A stretch of 63,931 nucleotides of DNA, the filler included, from Octopus bimaculoides (lineage: Eukaryota), in the NCBI RefSeq assembly GCF_001194135.2. It is 7 parts of 6 records of this genome, joined end to end, with 100 filler letters (N's around TTAATTAATTAA, not from the genome) between each part and the next. Parts side by side here need not be neighbours in the genome. Positions count along the whole stretch, not along the records: positions 37,191 to 58,817 come from NC_069006.1; 6 more parts are not named here. One strand, written 5' to 3'. Below, one piece after another: positions 38,100 to 50,660 of the stretch. The translations under genes were made by a program, and so were the position numbers. Under the pieces are notes generated by a model, which saw nothing but the letters and a program-made list of their open reading frames with translations, made no database searches and was not told where the DNA came from. How positions within the stretch are numbered: position 1 is the first letter of the stretch; every line of letters starts with the position of its first letter.

Positions 38100-38575
38100 T
38101 TTGAGAAGACATTGCCATGATCTCTTGTGAGGTTTGGGTAAAACGTGTTGCCTGAAAATCTGAAAGCTGAGCAGGTGAGAGACTTGATTTGCAGTATTGA
38201 TGGGGACAGGGGAAGGAATCGGAACGGCTCTAATTATGGTCATAAGAAGGATTTTAAAAGTAAATATGACTTGGCAGATGGAGATAGTGATCCAAAGACT
38301 ATTCCTAATGTAGAGCCTGTATGATGACGATAGGCAGGTGAGGAGTTATCTCAGAGGTGGTAGGGGGGGTGCACTTGTTGCTTACCTTTCGATTGGAAAT
38401 AAGAATGGTTTGTATGATGCTGATTTCAATCTTACTGAAAGTGAAAGGTTAAGAAATATCAGAGATAATCTTATTGGCTGAGACAGATAATCCTGTGGAT
38501 TGGCTTCAGTTGTCCTGGGTTGATGAACTTTTGCAGCTGTCAGTTGACGAAACAAACAAACAAGTTTCCTGTGTC
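38100..38575 (+). mobile_element. piggyBac-like transposase N-terminal relic
   Basis: Acidic N-terminal remnant then NPVDWLQLSWVDELLQLSVDETNK (cf. P.DYF.LFF.DELL..IV.ETN.Y). Confidence 0.55.
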
Positions 38576-38614
38576 AAAGCAGCTAAACCCATTCATTCAC
38601 TGTATTATACAAAC

Positions 38615-38779
38615 AACTACACTCTTGGAGTGGTTGGCGTTAGGAAGGGCATCCAGCTGTAGAAACTCTGCCAAATCAGATTGGAGCCTGGTGTAGCCAT
38701 CTGGTTCACCAGTCCTCAGTCAAATTGTCCAACCCATGCTAGCATGGAAAGCGGACGTTAAACGATGATGATGATGATG
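38615..38779 (+). mobile_element. SINE family B
   Basis: GAGTGGTTGGCGTTAGGAAGGGCATCCAGC...GCGGACGTTAAACGATGATGATG. Confidence 0.88.
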
Positions 38780-39641
38780 AACTTTTACCCAGTAACTGGA
38801 GTGGTGGGAGGTGAAATTTGCAATAGAAATGCTAATAAATAAAACAAAATATGAGCAATACCAGTGGCAGAAGGATAACCTTCATAACATCACACCAGGC
38901 TATAATAAAATATGACTAGTATTGATTCATGGTTATTGCTGTGAATGACAATGACCTTAACTTTACTCTTCTGATGATTTGATATCAGTCAACCTTGATG
39001 GAATTTGAACTGAGAACATAAAGAGCCAAAAGAAATGCAGTTAAACATTGTGTCCAATGCACCAACAGTTCTGCCAGCTTGTAACAATAATAATAATGAG
39101 AAGAAGAGGAAGAGGAATTTTTTCTACTATAGGCACAAGGCCTGAAATTTTGGAGGAGGGGTAAGTCAATTACAACAACATCAGTGTTTAATTAGTACTC
39201 ATTTCATCAACCCCCAAAAGAATGAAAGGCTGAGTCGACCTTGGTGGTATTTGAACTCAGAATGTAAAGTCAAAAGACATACCACTAAGTATATCATCTG
39301 ACAGTGTAACAATTCTGCCAGCTCGCCACAATAATAATAATAATGACTAGCAAGAATCTATACAGGAAATGAAAGCTTACAAATATCAATTAATCCTGCT
39401 GACTATAAGCAACTAATTACTATGTTAATTGGGCTGGTATTAACTATTAATATTAGCAACTAGGACATAGTAAATATCCAACAATATAAGCTGAAGCAAT
39501 ATTAGTAAGCATAAAACTGGGGAACTATTAGTAAATATAAACAACCGACAATATTAGCTGAGACAATATTGGTGAAAAATATGGAAAAATGAGTCAATAT
39601 TAGAAAATAGAGGAGAGGGGCTAATAATGATGTCAACTTAC

Positions 39642-39749
39642 CTGGGGTCCTATCAAAAAAGCACCAAAGAAATAACAATGTCCCATTAATTCCAAAATTG
39701 TAGGAGTTTTCTTTATGGCAGTTTCTTTCTGATCAGGTGACAACTTCTC
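39642..39749 (-). CDS. LPCAT3: LPCAT3 (MBOAT5) exon, 108 nt, phase 0-0: EKLSPDQKETAIKKTPTILELMGHCYFFGAFLIGPQ
   Basis: ttttccccttacag acceptor and gtaagt donor. Matches LPCAT3 LSSEQQKYAIRGVPSLLEVAGFSYFYGAFLVGPQ. Confidence 0.92.
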
Positions 39750-39867
39750 CTGTAAGGGGAAAACACAAATAGAGACACCACAGAGTTAGATGGACTCCAA
39801 TGTGGAACTACAGATTAGGCACAGGTAAAAATAAACGAAAACAAAAGCTAATAAGTAAGATAAAAAC

Positions 39868-40005
39868 CTCAGGTTTGGATCCATCGTACAAATCAGCCAC
39901 AACTCCAGTGAGTTTTAGAATTAGCACACAGTGTGAAGTTGTCCATTCAATGCGATAATATTCACCATTCTTTGAGCTGGAGGCAAAACCGAGCACAAGA
40001 TAACC
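39868..40005 (-). CDS. LPCAT3: LPCAT3 exon, 138 nt, phase 0-0: GYLVLGFASSSKNGEYYRIEWTTSHCVLILKLTGVVADLYDGSKPE
   Basis: tgtttgttttcag acceptor; weak donor gttttt. Matches AYLLAGY...YDIKWTMPHCVLTLKLIGLAVDYFDGGKDQ. Confidence 0.9.
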
Positions 40006-40109
40006 CTGAAAACAAACACATTTCATGAGCTTTGAATAAAGTATTTCAAAGATGGTAAATTGAAACATATAAAGCCATAAAGAGAAGCATCTGGGTCTGT
40101 GCAAAAATA

Positions 40110-40940
40110 TCTAATCTTTTACTTGTTTCAGTCATTAGACTACGGCCATAAAATGTGTACATACACACATATATNNNNNNNNNNNNNNNNNNNNNNNNNN
40201 NNNNNNNNNNNNNNNNNNNNNNNNNNNNNNNNNNNNNNNNNNNNNNNNNNNNNNNNNNNNNNNNNNNNNNNNNNNNNNNNNNNNNNNNNNNNNNNNNNNN
40301 NNNNNNNNNNNNNNNNNNNNNNNNNNNNNNNNNNNNNNNNNNNNNNNNNNNNNNNNNNNNNNNNNNNNNNNNNNNNNNNNNNNNNNNNNNNNNNNNNNNN
40401 NNNNNNNNNNNNNNNNNNNNNNNNNNNNNNNNNNNNNNNNNNNNNNNNNNNNNNNNNNNNNNNNNNNNNNNNNNNNNNNNNNNNNNNNNNNNNNNNNNNN
40501 NNNNNNNNNNNNNNNNNNNNNNNNNNNNNNNNNNNNNNNNNNNNNNNNNNNNNNNNNNNNNNNNNNNNNNNNNNNNNNNNNNNNNNNNNNNNNNNNNNNN
40601 NNNNNNNNNNNNNNNNNNNNNNNNNNNNNNNNNNNNNNNNNNNNNNNNNNNNNNNNNNNNNNNNNNNNNNNNNNNNNNNNNNNNNNNNNNNNNNNNNNNN
40701 NNNNNGCATATATATATATATATATATCTTTTATTTGTTTCAGTCATTAGACTACGGCCATAAAATGTGTACATACACACATATATGATGAGCTTCTTTC
40801 AGTTTCTATCAGCCAAATCCACTCACAGAGCTTTGGTCAAGCCAGAGCTATAGAAGACACTTGCTCAAAGTGCCACACAGTGGGACTGAACTGGAACTAT
40901 GTGGTTGGGAAGCAAACTTCTTAACTACACAGCCATGCCC
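40110..40940 (-). mobile_element. SINE family C split by an N gap at its internal microsatellite
   Basis: TTGTTTCAGTCATTAGACT...(TA)n...CTTCTTTCAGTTTCTATC...GGGACTGAACTGGAACTATGTGGTTGG. Confidence 0.75.
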
Positions 40941-41309
40941 TGCACCTATGAACACTAAATTCTTTTGAGCAAACAAACCTAAAACAAGATGTTAATTTAG
41001 ATATGGATATCAAGTGGCCATAAATTTATAGATTATTTTTGAAAGTCGAAATAACAGTGTGGCAATAAATTTACCTGCCATTTATAATGAGGAGATTATG
41101 AATTTACACCTGCTTTGGACAAACATTTAATTTTTAGTGCAGTTTTATTTCACCTGTGCATTGATTGTTTAATATGATGCAAGCACAACTAGAAGAACAC
41201 AGACAAGAATTGGGCCTCTTTGAAGAGATTACAGTCACGTTAATTGATTAATTGTCATCATTTTCATCAACATAAAAGATGCACAAACAGGTATCCACAG
41301 CATACTCAC

Positions 41310-41416
41310 AGTGTTTATTAAGAAAGCTGCTGGTAGTGACCACCACCTTCCAGCACCAATCCTTGTCAGCAGATAAATAAGGATTAGGTTTACAAATGAA
41401 TGAAGAACATCTATTC
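41310..41416 (-). CDS. LPCAT3: LPCAT3 exon, 107 nt, phase 1-0: (G)IDVLHSFVNLILIYLLTRIGAGRWWSLPAAFLINT
   Basis: ttttttccattgcag acceptor and gtgagt donor. Aligns with GNQLYHSLLCIVLQFLILRLMGRTITAVLTTFCFQM; phase fits the next exon. Confidence 0.85.
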
Positions 41417-41526
41417 CTGCAATGGAAAAAAAAGAAAGGTAATGTACCACATTTATTTCACAAAAATATCAAAAGTGATAAAAATTTATTTAAAAAACAT
41501 GTCTTTTTTGTAGAATATCTTCAGAG

Positions 41527-41882
41527 ACAGTTGTTGTTGTTGGCACTCCATCGCTTATGATGTCGAGGGTTCCAGCTGATCCGATCAACGGAACAGCCTG
41601 CTCGTGAAATTAACGTGCAAGTGGCTGAGCACTCCACATACACGTGTACCCTTAACATAGTTCTCGGGGATATTCGGCGTGACACAGTGTGTGACAAGGC
41701 TGACCCTTTGGATAACAGAAGCAGGAAGTAAGAGTGAGAGAAAGTTGTGGTGGAAGAGTACAGCAGGGTTCGCCCCCATCCCCTTTCGGAGCCTCGTGGA
41801 GCTTTTAGGTGTTTTCGCTCAATAAACACTCACAACGCCCGGTCTGAGAATCGAAACAGCGATCCTATGACCACGAGTCCGC
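41527..41882 (-). mobile_element. tRNA-derived SINE family D
   Basis: (CAA)n tail at the left end; reverse-complement B box GTTTCGATTCTCAG at ~41845; truncated by an N gap. Confidence 0.75.
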
Positions 41883-42592
41883 NNNNNNNNNNNNNNNNNN
41901 NNNNNNNNNNNNNNNNNNNNNNNNNNNNNNNNNNNNNNNNNNNNNNNNNNNNNNNNNNNNNNNNNNNNNNNNNNNNNNNNNNNNNNNNNNNNNNNNNNNN
42001 NNNNNNNNNNNNNNNNNNNNNNNNNNNNNNNNNNNNNNNNNNNNNNNNNNNNNNNNNNNNNNNNNNNNNNNNNNNNNNNNNNNNNNNNNNNNNNNNNNNN
42101 NNNNNNNNNNNNNNNNNNNNNNNNNNNNNNNNNNNNNNNNNNNNNNNNNNNNNNNNNNNNNNNNNNNNNNNNNNNNNNNNNNNNNNNNNNNNNNNNNNNN
42201 NNNNNNNNNNNNNNNNNNNNNNNNNNNNNNNNNNNNNNNNNNNNNNNNNNNNNNNNNNNNNNNNNNNNNNNNNNNNNNNNNNNNNNNNNNNNNNNNNNNN
42301 NNNNNNNNNNNNNNNNNNNNNNNNNNNNNNNNNNNNNNNNNNNNNNNNNNNNNNNNNNNNNNNNNNNNNNNNNNNNNNNNNNNNNNNNNNNNNNNNNNNN
42401 NNNNNNNNNNNNNNNNNNNNNNNNNNNNNNNNNNNNNNNNNNNNNNNNNNNNNNNNNNNNNNNNNNNNNNNNNNNNNNNNNNNNNNNNNNNNNNNNNNNN
42501 NNNNNNNNNNNNNNNNNNNNNNNNNNNNNNNNNNNNNNNNNNNNNNNNNNNNNNNNNNNNNNNTGGTCAAGTGGAAGGACAGACCTACAAGT

Positions 42593-42812
42593 CATCATCA
42601 TCATCATCATCATCATCGTTTAACGTCCGCTTTCCATGCTAGCATGGGTTGGACGATTTGACTGAGGACTGGTGAAACCGGATGGCTACACCAGGCTCCA
42701 ATCTGATTTGGCAGAATTTCTACAGCTGGATGCCCTTCCTAACGCCAACCACTCAGAGAGTGTAGTGGGTGCTTTTACGTGTCACCCGCACGAAGGCCAG
42801 TCAGGCGGTATG
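42593..42812 (-). mobile_element. SINE family B
   Basis: (CAT)n followed by family B consensus. Confidence 0.88.
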
Positions 42813-44334
42813 TCACACATATGCACAACACCCTCCTCCACTCCATGCAAGACACTGTTCGATGGTGATCTTGAGCAAATTTAAGTCAACAAACACAGGA
42901 AAGACATGAACAGGAATGATCCAACCAGTGTTGGGGTGTTTACATCCCTGTAATTTAGCAAAAGAGACCTATAGGATAAGCACCATTCTTTAAAAAAGAA
43001 TAAGCACTCGATTCATTTGACTAAAAATGGTTTTCGAGGCTGTGCCCCAGCATGGCCACAATATAATGGCTGAAGCAAATAAAGGATAAATCAATCAAGT
43101 GTGGTGTGGGGGGGGGTCTAAAGGAAAATCAGGAGGATATAGTCATATTGATTATTGATTAAGTAATACAATGTTGTTTCAGCCATTAGACCAAGGCTAT
43201 GCTGGGGCACCCCCTTGAAGTGTTTAGTCAAACAAATCGGCTCCATTACTTCTTTTGTTCTTTTTTTTTAAGCCACGTACTTATTCTACTGGCATTTTTT
43301 GACGAACCACAGAGACATAAACATACCAACACCAGTTGTCACGCAGTGATGGGGAACAAACACAAAGACATGCACACACATCCATGTATGTGTGTGTCTA
43401 TGTAACATGGCCCCGGGTTCAGTCCTACTGCATGGCACCTTGGGCAAGTGTCTTCTACTATAGCCTTGAGCCGACCAAATCCTTTAGTTTCCGTCTACCA
43501 AATCCACTCACAAGGATTTGNNNNNNNNNNNNNNNNNNNNNNNNNNNNNNNNNNNNNNNNNNNNNNNNNNNNNNNNNNNNNNNNNNNNNNNNNNNNNNNN
43601 NNNNNNNNNNNNNNNNNNNNNNNNNNNNNNNNNNNNNNNNNNNNNNNNNNNNNNNNNNNNNNNNNNNNNNNNNNNNNNNNNNNNNNNNNNNNNNNNNNNN
43701 NNNNNNNNNNNNNNNNNNNNNNNNNNNNNNNNNNNNNNNNNNNNNNNNNNNNNNNNNNNNNNNNNNNNNNNNNNNNNNNNNNNNNNNNNNNNNNNNNNNN
43801 NNNNNNNNNNNNNNNNNNNNNNNNNNNNNNNNNNNNNNNNNNNNNNNNNNNNNNNNNNNNNNNNNNNNNNNNNNNNNNNNNNNNNNNNNNNNNNNNNNNN
43901 NNNNNNNNNNNNNNNNNNNNNNNNNNNNNNNNNNNNNNNNNNNNNNNNNNNNNNNNNNNNNNNNNNNNNNNNNNNNNNNNNNNNNNNNNNNNNNNNNNNN
44001 NNNNNNNNNNNNNNNNNNNNNNNNNNNNNNNNNNNNNNNNNNNNNNNNNNNNNNNNNNNNNNNNNNNNNNNNNNNNNNNNNNNNNNNNNNNNNNNNNNNN
44101 NNNNNNNNNNNNNNNNNNNNNNNNNNNNNNNNNNNNNNNNNNNNNNNNNNNNNNNNNNNNNNNNNNNNNNNNNNNNNNNNNNNNNNNNNNNNNNNNNNNN
44201 NNNNNNNNNNNNNNNNNNNNNNNNNNNNNNNNNNNNNNNNNNNNNNNNNNNNTGGCACTGGTCATTTCTATGATAGGTACAGGGTCATTCAGGATAACAA
44301 AACAAGATTTATGAAAACCTGATAGCTATTTGTT

Positions 44335-44575
44335 TCTTATTTCTTTACTGCCCACAAGGGGCTACACGCAGAGGAGACAAACAAGGACAGACAAACGGAT
44401 TAAGTCGATTATATCGACCCCAGTGCATAACTGGTACTTATTTAATCGACCCTGAAAGGATGAAAAGCAAAGTCGACCGACCTCAGCAGAATTTGAACTC
44501 AGAACGTAACGGCAGACGAAATACCACTAAGCATTTCCCCCGGTGTGTTAATGTTTCTGCCAGCTCTCCGCCTTG
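44335..44575 (-). mobile_element. SINE family A
   Basis: CTGAAAGGATGAAAAGCAAAGTCGAC...GAATTTGAACTCAGAACG. Confidence 0.85.
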
Positions 44576-44764
44576 TTTCTATTAGGCTTCAAATAGCTAA
44601 AGGGTTGTAGGCATAACTGACAGGTTACTAAGTTCACCTTGTGCCCATGTTGTCTTGGGTTCCACCCTACTATCTGATACCTTAAGTATCTTCTGCTCTA
44701 GGCTGACCAAAGCCTTGTGAGATGAAAAATGCACAGGAATTCATCCTGTATGTGTGTGCACAAG

Positions 44765-45064
44765 GTTACTCTTTTACTTGTTTCAGTCATTTGACTGCGG
44801 TCATGCTGGAGCACCACCTTTAGTCAAGCAAATCGACCCCCATGACTTATTCTTTGTAAGCCTGGAGCTTATTCTATCGGTCTCTTTTTGCCGAACCGCT
44901 AAGTGACGGGGACGTAAACACAAGCATCAGTTGTCAAGCAATGCTAGGGGGGACAAACACAGACACACACACACACATATATGCCCTAACTCTTCGAAAC
45001 GCCAGTGTTTTAATGGTGGCAGCTGATGAAGGATATGTTCTNNNNNNNNNNTACTCATATATTG

Positions 45065-45110
<46 letters not shown>

Positions 45111-45190
45111 CATACATACATACATACATACGACGGGCTTCTTTCAGTTTCCGTCTACCAAATCCAGGGGATTTACTGAAGAAGTGACAT
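44765..45190 (-). mobile_element. SINE family C with internal (CA)n/(TA)n
   Basis: TTACTCTTTTACTTGTTTCAGTCATTTGACTGCGG...GCCGAACCGCTAAG...CGACGGGCTTCTTTCAGTTTCCGTCTACC. Confidence 0.82.
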
Positions 45191-47600
45191 GCCCTCAACA
45201 CAGGGTCGCTGCTTCTCTTAAGAAGCTAAACACAATCAATATGAGTAGGGAGTAAGTAGAGACATCACATGAGCCACAGCAGCAGAAAAACGATCAAGAA
45301 ACAAAATAAATAAATGGTAACAGCTTGTTTATCATATTCTCTGCGTGTGTGTGTGCATGCGTGCACGTTGAATTTCATTTTCTCCAACCATTGTACATTG
45401 TTGTTTATTAGACAATTAAATCATTTAGAGACAATAAACTACATAACAATTAAAAGAGGCAAGTCACCATATCTACAGACGACCAGCAGAAGTTTAAACT
45501 TTTAGGACTCCCTTCGACCTAAGGCCATGTCGGGCGAAGTTCAAATGGACAGGAGCTGACCTATTTAGGTACAAACTCTGCTGCAGTATGTCTGTTCTTC
45601 TAGCTGCCACGATTCTTATAAATTCAGTGGTCAACAAGACGGGGAGAGAGAAGGCCCTGGCAGCCAAACGAGGAAGCTCTATGACACAACACAACAGGTT
45701 TTGGCGACAGCAGAGAGAAGAGCAATGTTCGAAGTTCCACGGTAGACTACTGTATCAGATGAACTACATACGCACACAAACATATATTCAATTGTGACAT
45801 ATCATTTCCACAGATGTACCCTGTTTCTATTTCTAGCAACTCGTAGCAGTTGTCAACATTTTGCATGTAGTGAAGAATTATGTGTACCAACGACAAATTA
45901 AGTCCAGTGAATAAATTATTTTAACTACGAATTGATTCACTCATTTGTTTACTTCAAAGGCATACATATTCCTTTTGCATCTGTTCACCATGATACACAT
46001 TTAACCACTACACTACGATTCAAGAAGTTCCACCCATGACCATGTAAAATAGTTTTCTATTTATGAAACAATACAATATGACTTGTGGAAACTTTGGCTG
46101 CTAATTCTAGCATGTCAACAACCACATAAAGGTTGTCTTTTTAGTTGATTGGCTTGTTTGGGGGGTGGGGGTGTAGTTAATGGATAACAGTGTTAGATTT
46201 CTTTGTAATATGATTAAAGGTGTGTGTGTTGTTGATTAACTTCAATCAGACAGATCTATGATCAGAATACAACTTCCCTCTTCAGGTTTGGACTTTAAAT
46301 AGACATAAATAAATAAATAAACAAGGCACTTTGACACACACACACACACACACAAATTTTCTATTGTACAATTAACAGCAAAAATGAATTAATTATAATG
46401 TGTGTGTGTGTGTGTGTATGTAACACTTGTGCATATATATATATGTAACATTCATACATGTGATTGTGTGTGTGTAGTCATGCATGTAAATGAATGTGTG
46501 TGCGTGTTTAATGCTTCACTAATTAACAGCATTTAATTTCGTATTCCACCCACTCTCCAAACTTAAATTTATCTACACAAAGAACAATTAGGAGATATTT
46601 GCTCTCACACACCTCACCTCGTGTGTGTGTGTGTGTACGTGTATGTGTATGTATGTATATATGTAGGTGCATGTTAGAGGGTGAGAGTGTTTGGGGTATG
46701 TGTGAGTGTGTGTATCTGTGCGTGAGAGAGAAAAAGAGAGAGGGAGAAAGAGAGGGAGAGAGAGAGAGAGAAANNNNNNNNNNNNNNNNNNNNNNNNNNN
46801 NNNNNNNNNNNNNNNNNNNNNNNNNNNNNNNNNNNNNNNNNNNNNNNNNNNNNNNNNNNNNNNNNNNNNNNNNNNNNNNNNNNNNNNNNNNNNNNNNNNN
46901 NNNNNNNNNNNNNNNNNNNNNNNNNNNNNNNNNNNNNNNNNNNNNNNNNNNNNNNNNNNNNNNNNNNNNNNNNNNNNNNNNNNNNNNNNNNNNNNNNNNN
47001 NNNNNNNNNNNNNNNNNNNNNNNNNNNNNNNNNNNNNNNNNNNNNNNNNNNNNNNNNNNNNNNNNNNNNNNNNNNNNNNNNNNNNNNNNNNNNNNNNNNN
47101 NNNNNNNNNNNNNNNNNNNNNNNNNNNNNNNNNNNNNNNNNNNNNNNNNNNNNNNNNNNNNNNNNNNNNNNNNNNNNNNNNNNNNNNNNNNNNNNNNNNN
47201 NNNNNNNNNNNNNNNNNNNNNNNNNNNNNNNNNNNNNNNNNNNNNNNNNNNNNNNNNNNNNNNNNNNNNNNNNNNNNNNNNNNNNNNNNNNNNNNNNNNN
47301 NNNNNNNNNNNNNNNNNNNNNNNNNNNNNNNNNNNNNNNNNNNNNNNNNNNNNNNNNNNNNNNNNNNNNNNNNNNNNNNNNNNNNNNNNNNNNNNNNNNN
47401 NNNNNNNNNNNNNNNNNNNNNNNNNNNNNNNNNNNNNNNNNNNNNNNNNNNNNNNNNNNNNNNNNNNNNNNNNNNNNNNNNNNNNNNNNNNNNNNNNNNN
47501 NNNNNNNNNNNNNNNNNNNNNNNNNNNNNNNNNNNNNNNNNNNNNNNNNNNNNNNNNNNNNNNNNNNNNNNNNNNNNNNNNNNNNNNNNNNNNNNNNNNN

Positions 47601-47766
47601 AGCACTCACTACACTCTCGGAGTGGTTGGCGTTAGGAAGGGCATCCAGCTGCAGAAACTCTGCCAGATCAGATTGGAGCCTGGTGCAGCCATCTGGTCCG
47701 CTTTCCATGCTAGCATGGGTTGGACGACTTGACTGAGGACTGGTGAAACCGGATGGCAACACCAGG
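47601..47766. mobile_element. SINE family B with internal inversion
   Basis: Plus-strand body up to GCCATCTGG, then switches to the minus-strand 3' part. Confidence 0.8.
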
Positions 47767-47920
47767 CAAACTACATATATTTAATGTATCTGCTTCATGT
47801 ATTTTCCAGCGGCTGCAACAGCCTGGTAGAGTATGTACTCTCTCAAAGCACCAGGTGTTAAAACAAATATGTGCAGTTAATAATATTTATTTTAGAGAAC
47901 TGCTTTTATTTTATATGTAA

Positions 47921-47961
<41 letters not shown>

Positions 47962-48295
47962 AATAAATGTGAATATATGGCCATCATTTTAAGCACTACG
48001 TAGATTGGACTGGTAGCTTGTAGAATGGACACACACACATATATATATATATATTTATATATATATATATACATTCATGTGCACACACACTTGCAATTTT
48101 ACACTTACACATGAGCAGGCTTAAACACACACGCACACCCACCCACACAAACTATGTACAACAGAAGACAAAAACCAGGACATACTTAGACAAATGTAAT
48201 TGGAAACTGATAATGTGAAGGTGATCAACATTTATTTAAATTTGTATAAATAAAGGTCAAAGTTCATAAAAGACACAAAGAAAATTGTCAAACAA

Positions 48296-48327
<32 letters not shown>

Positions 48328-49142
48328 CATATATATATATACACACACATGCATGCACATATATATATATATATACACACACACATGTATGTACACACAC
48401 ACACATATATATATACATACATACACGTATGCACACACACACATATACATAGATCCACATGAATCACATCATATATTTTTTTTTAAAAATGCATAAAAAG
48501 TTTTTATCTAATTTCAAAATATATTATTATCTAATGTTTGTGCATAATTTGAAAATACAACCTTCAGCAACCGGAGGTCCTTCCCTGCCGGTTTCAATCC
48601 TAAAAGATTATTAAATGCCTTTTACATAATTTCAAAAGTTATCTAGAATAAAACAAGAATATTGCAGGTTATTTCCATAATAAAAATGGAGTCATCAAAT
48701 GACTAATAATTTTTTTATATTTCAGGAAGCATGGGAGATAACTCTGAGAATGTTTCAACTTTACTGACCTCATCAGTTAAGCAGAGACTTCATCATACCA
48801 CCAGAGATAGTGATGAGAAAATCACTAAGAAAATGTAGGAGAATGTACACTAGTGGACGTAATAAAAGACTAGATTTATCAAGAGAATGCATTACATGAA
48901 GACACCATCTGCCTGGAAAACGATAGTTAATGTTAATATTGTGTTTCTAGGCAGATCACATTCTCCATAGTCCCTGTTCAATTACCTGTCAAGATAAGGT
49001 ACTAGCTCACTTGGAAGTTTTATCTATGATAGACTAGTACCCTATATAGAGTGAAGTTTTATCTTGTAACAAAACTAAACCTTCAAGTGGATAGATAGTC
49101 ACAGAACTAACAAATTAAGGAATTAAACTTAAAAGGCACCAA

Positions 49143-49437
49143 CATCATCATCATCGTTTAACGTCCGCCTTCCATTCTAGCATGGGTTGGACGATTTGAC
49201 TGAGGACTGGTGAAAACCAGATGGCAACACCAGGCTCCAATCTGATTTGGCAGAGTTTCTACAGCTGGATGCCCTTCCTAACGCCAACCACTCAGAGAGT
49301 GTAGTGGGTGCTTTTACGTGTCACCCGCACAAAGGCCAGTCAGGCGGTACTGGCAACGGCCACGCTCAAAATGGTGCATTTTATGTGCCACCAGCACAAG
49401 AGCCAGTCCAGGGGCACTGGCAACGATCTTGCTCGAC
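49143..49437 (-). mobile_element. SINE family B, longest copy
   Basis: Family B consensus. Confidence 0.88.
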
Positions 49438-50261
49438 CCATTACTATTTTTGGCAGTCATACAGAAAGTAAGCTCCCTTATTGGTGTTAAACTAATCCCT
49501 ACAAATTTTATTGTTCTATGCTTGGACCCTCACACCCCTTACCTCATTCTCATCAGAACATTTCTAAAAATGGGGCCAAAGTTTATACATTGACAACAAT
49601 AATCATTAAAAGAGACAATAGACAAAGAGACTGATCCAGAATTATTCAACAAAGAAAACCAAGTCAAGATTATTTCAACAGGATCCATAAACAAACTTGT
49701 CAGCATCTGATGATGATGACGACAATAATTATAATGATGATGAAAATGATAATGACGATCATAACAATGGCAGTGATGGTGAATTGAGAGATGAAAATGA
49801 TTCTAGCCAAATAAAAGCTAAGATGATGATGATGACGACGACAACAACATGACAACAATAATGTATAACCTAAAGAAAACAAAAAAAAAAAAANNNNNNN
49901 NNNAAAAAAAAAAAAAAAAAAGAACTGACAATGTATAATTTGAGTGCGTTCAATAAAAGAACCAATAACTAACTTCTGAAATGACAAAACCAGAAAACTA
50001 GTAAATCATTTGATAATATCAATTTGTGAAGAAGACAATTAGTGATTGATGGCTATTCAACATTTCCAACTTTAATGTCCAGAAGTTATTTCCTCTCTAT
50101 TGAGACATGGACAGAGAGAAAGAGGAGGATTAATCCTGCCACTAGTAAATCCAGTTTTATAAACTTGCTCAGTAGTCAATTAGTCCCAGATCAGCTCTGA
50201 TCAAAGCGAGTTCAAATGACAAACATCCAAATTTTCTTATATCGAGTAATGACATTATCTT

Positions 50262-50660
50262 TTATCTTCTTCTTGTTTCAGTCATTAGACTGGGGCCATG
50301 CTGGGGCACCACCTTCAAGAACTCTTAGTTGAATGAATCAGCTCCAGTACTTTTTCTTTATTTGAAGCCTGATACTTATTCTGTCAGTTGTTTATGCTGA
50401 ACCGCTAAGTTACAGGGACATAAACACTGGCTGTCAAGTGGTGGTAGGAGGACACAGACCACGAAAATACACACAGATATATGCACGTGTGTGTGTGTGT
50501 GTGACAGGCTTCTTTCAGTTTCCCTCTACCAAATCCCTTCACAATGCCTTGATCGGCCCAAGGCTATAGAAGAAGACACCTGCCCAAAGTGCCAAGCAGT
50601 GGAACTAAACCTGGAACTATGTGGTTGGGAAGCAAACTTCTTACCACACAGCCACACTTG
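50262..50660 (-). mobile_element. SINE family C
   Basis: Family C consensus with internal (TG)n. Confidence 0.8.

Noticed and set aside
40093-40786. Apparent ~60-80-bp direct repeat flanking a gap
   Set aside because: Near-identical sequence on both sides of an N gap at a microsatellite; most likely unmerged contig overlap
45020-45041. CAGCTGATGAAGG as the start of a possible hammerhead
   Set aside because: Runs into an N gap, so GAAA and the helices cannot be evaluated
48797-48912. Phase 1-1 minus-strand exon candidate for the missing upstream LPCAT3 exon
   Set aside because: Peptide GRWCLHVMHSLDKSS... lacks the conserved GYP and F.FG features of that segment
49542-49562. 21-nt microexon candidate (ttttag|AAATGTTCTGATGAGAATGAG|gtaagg, minus)
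   Set aside because: Such short matches are expected by chance in 20 kb of intron; does not fit LPCAT3
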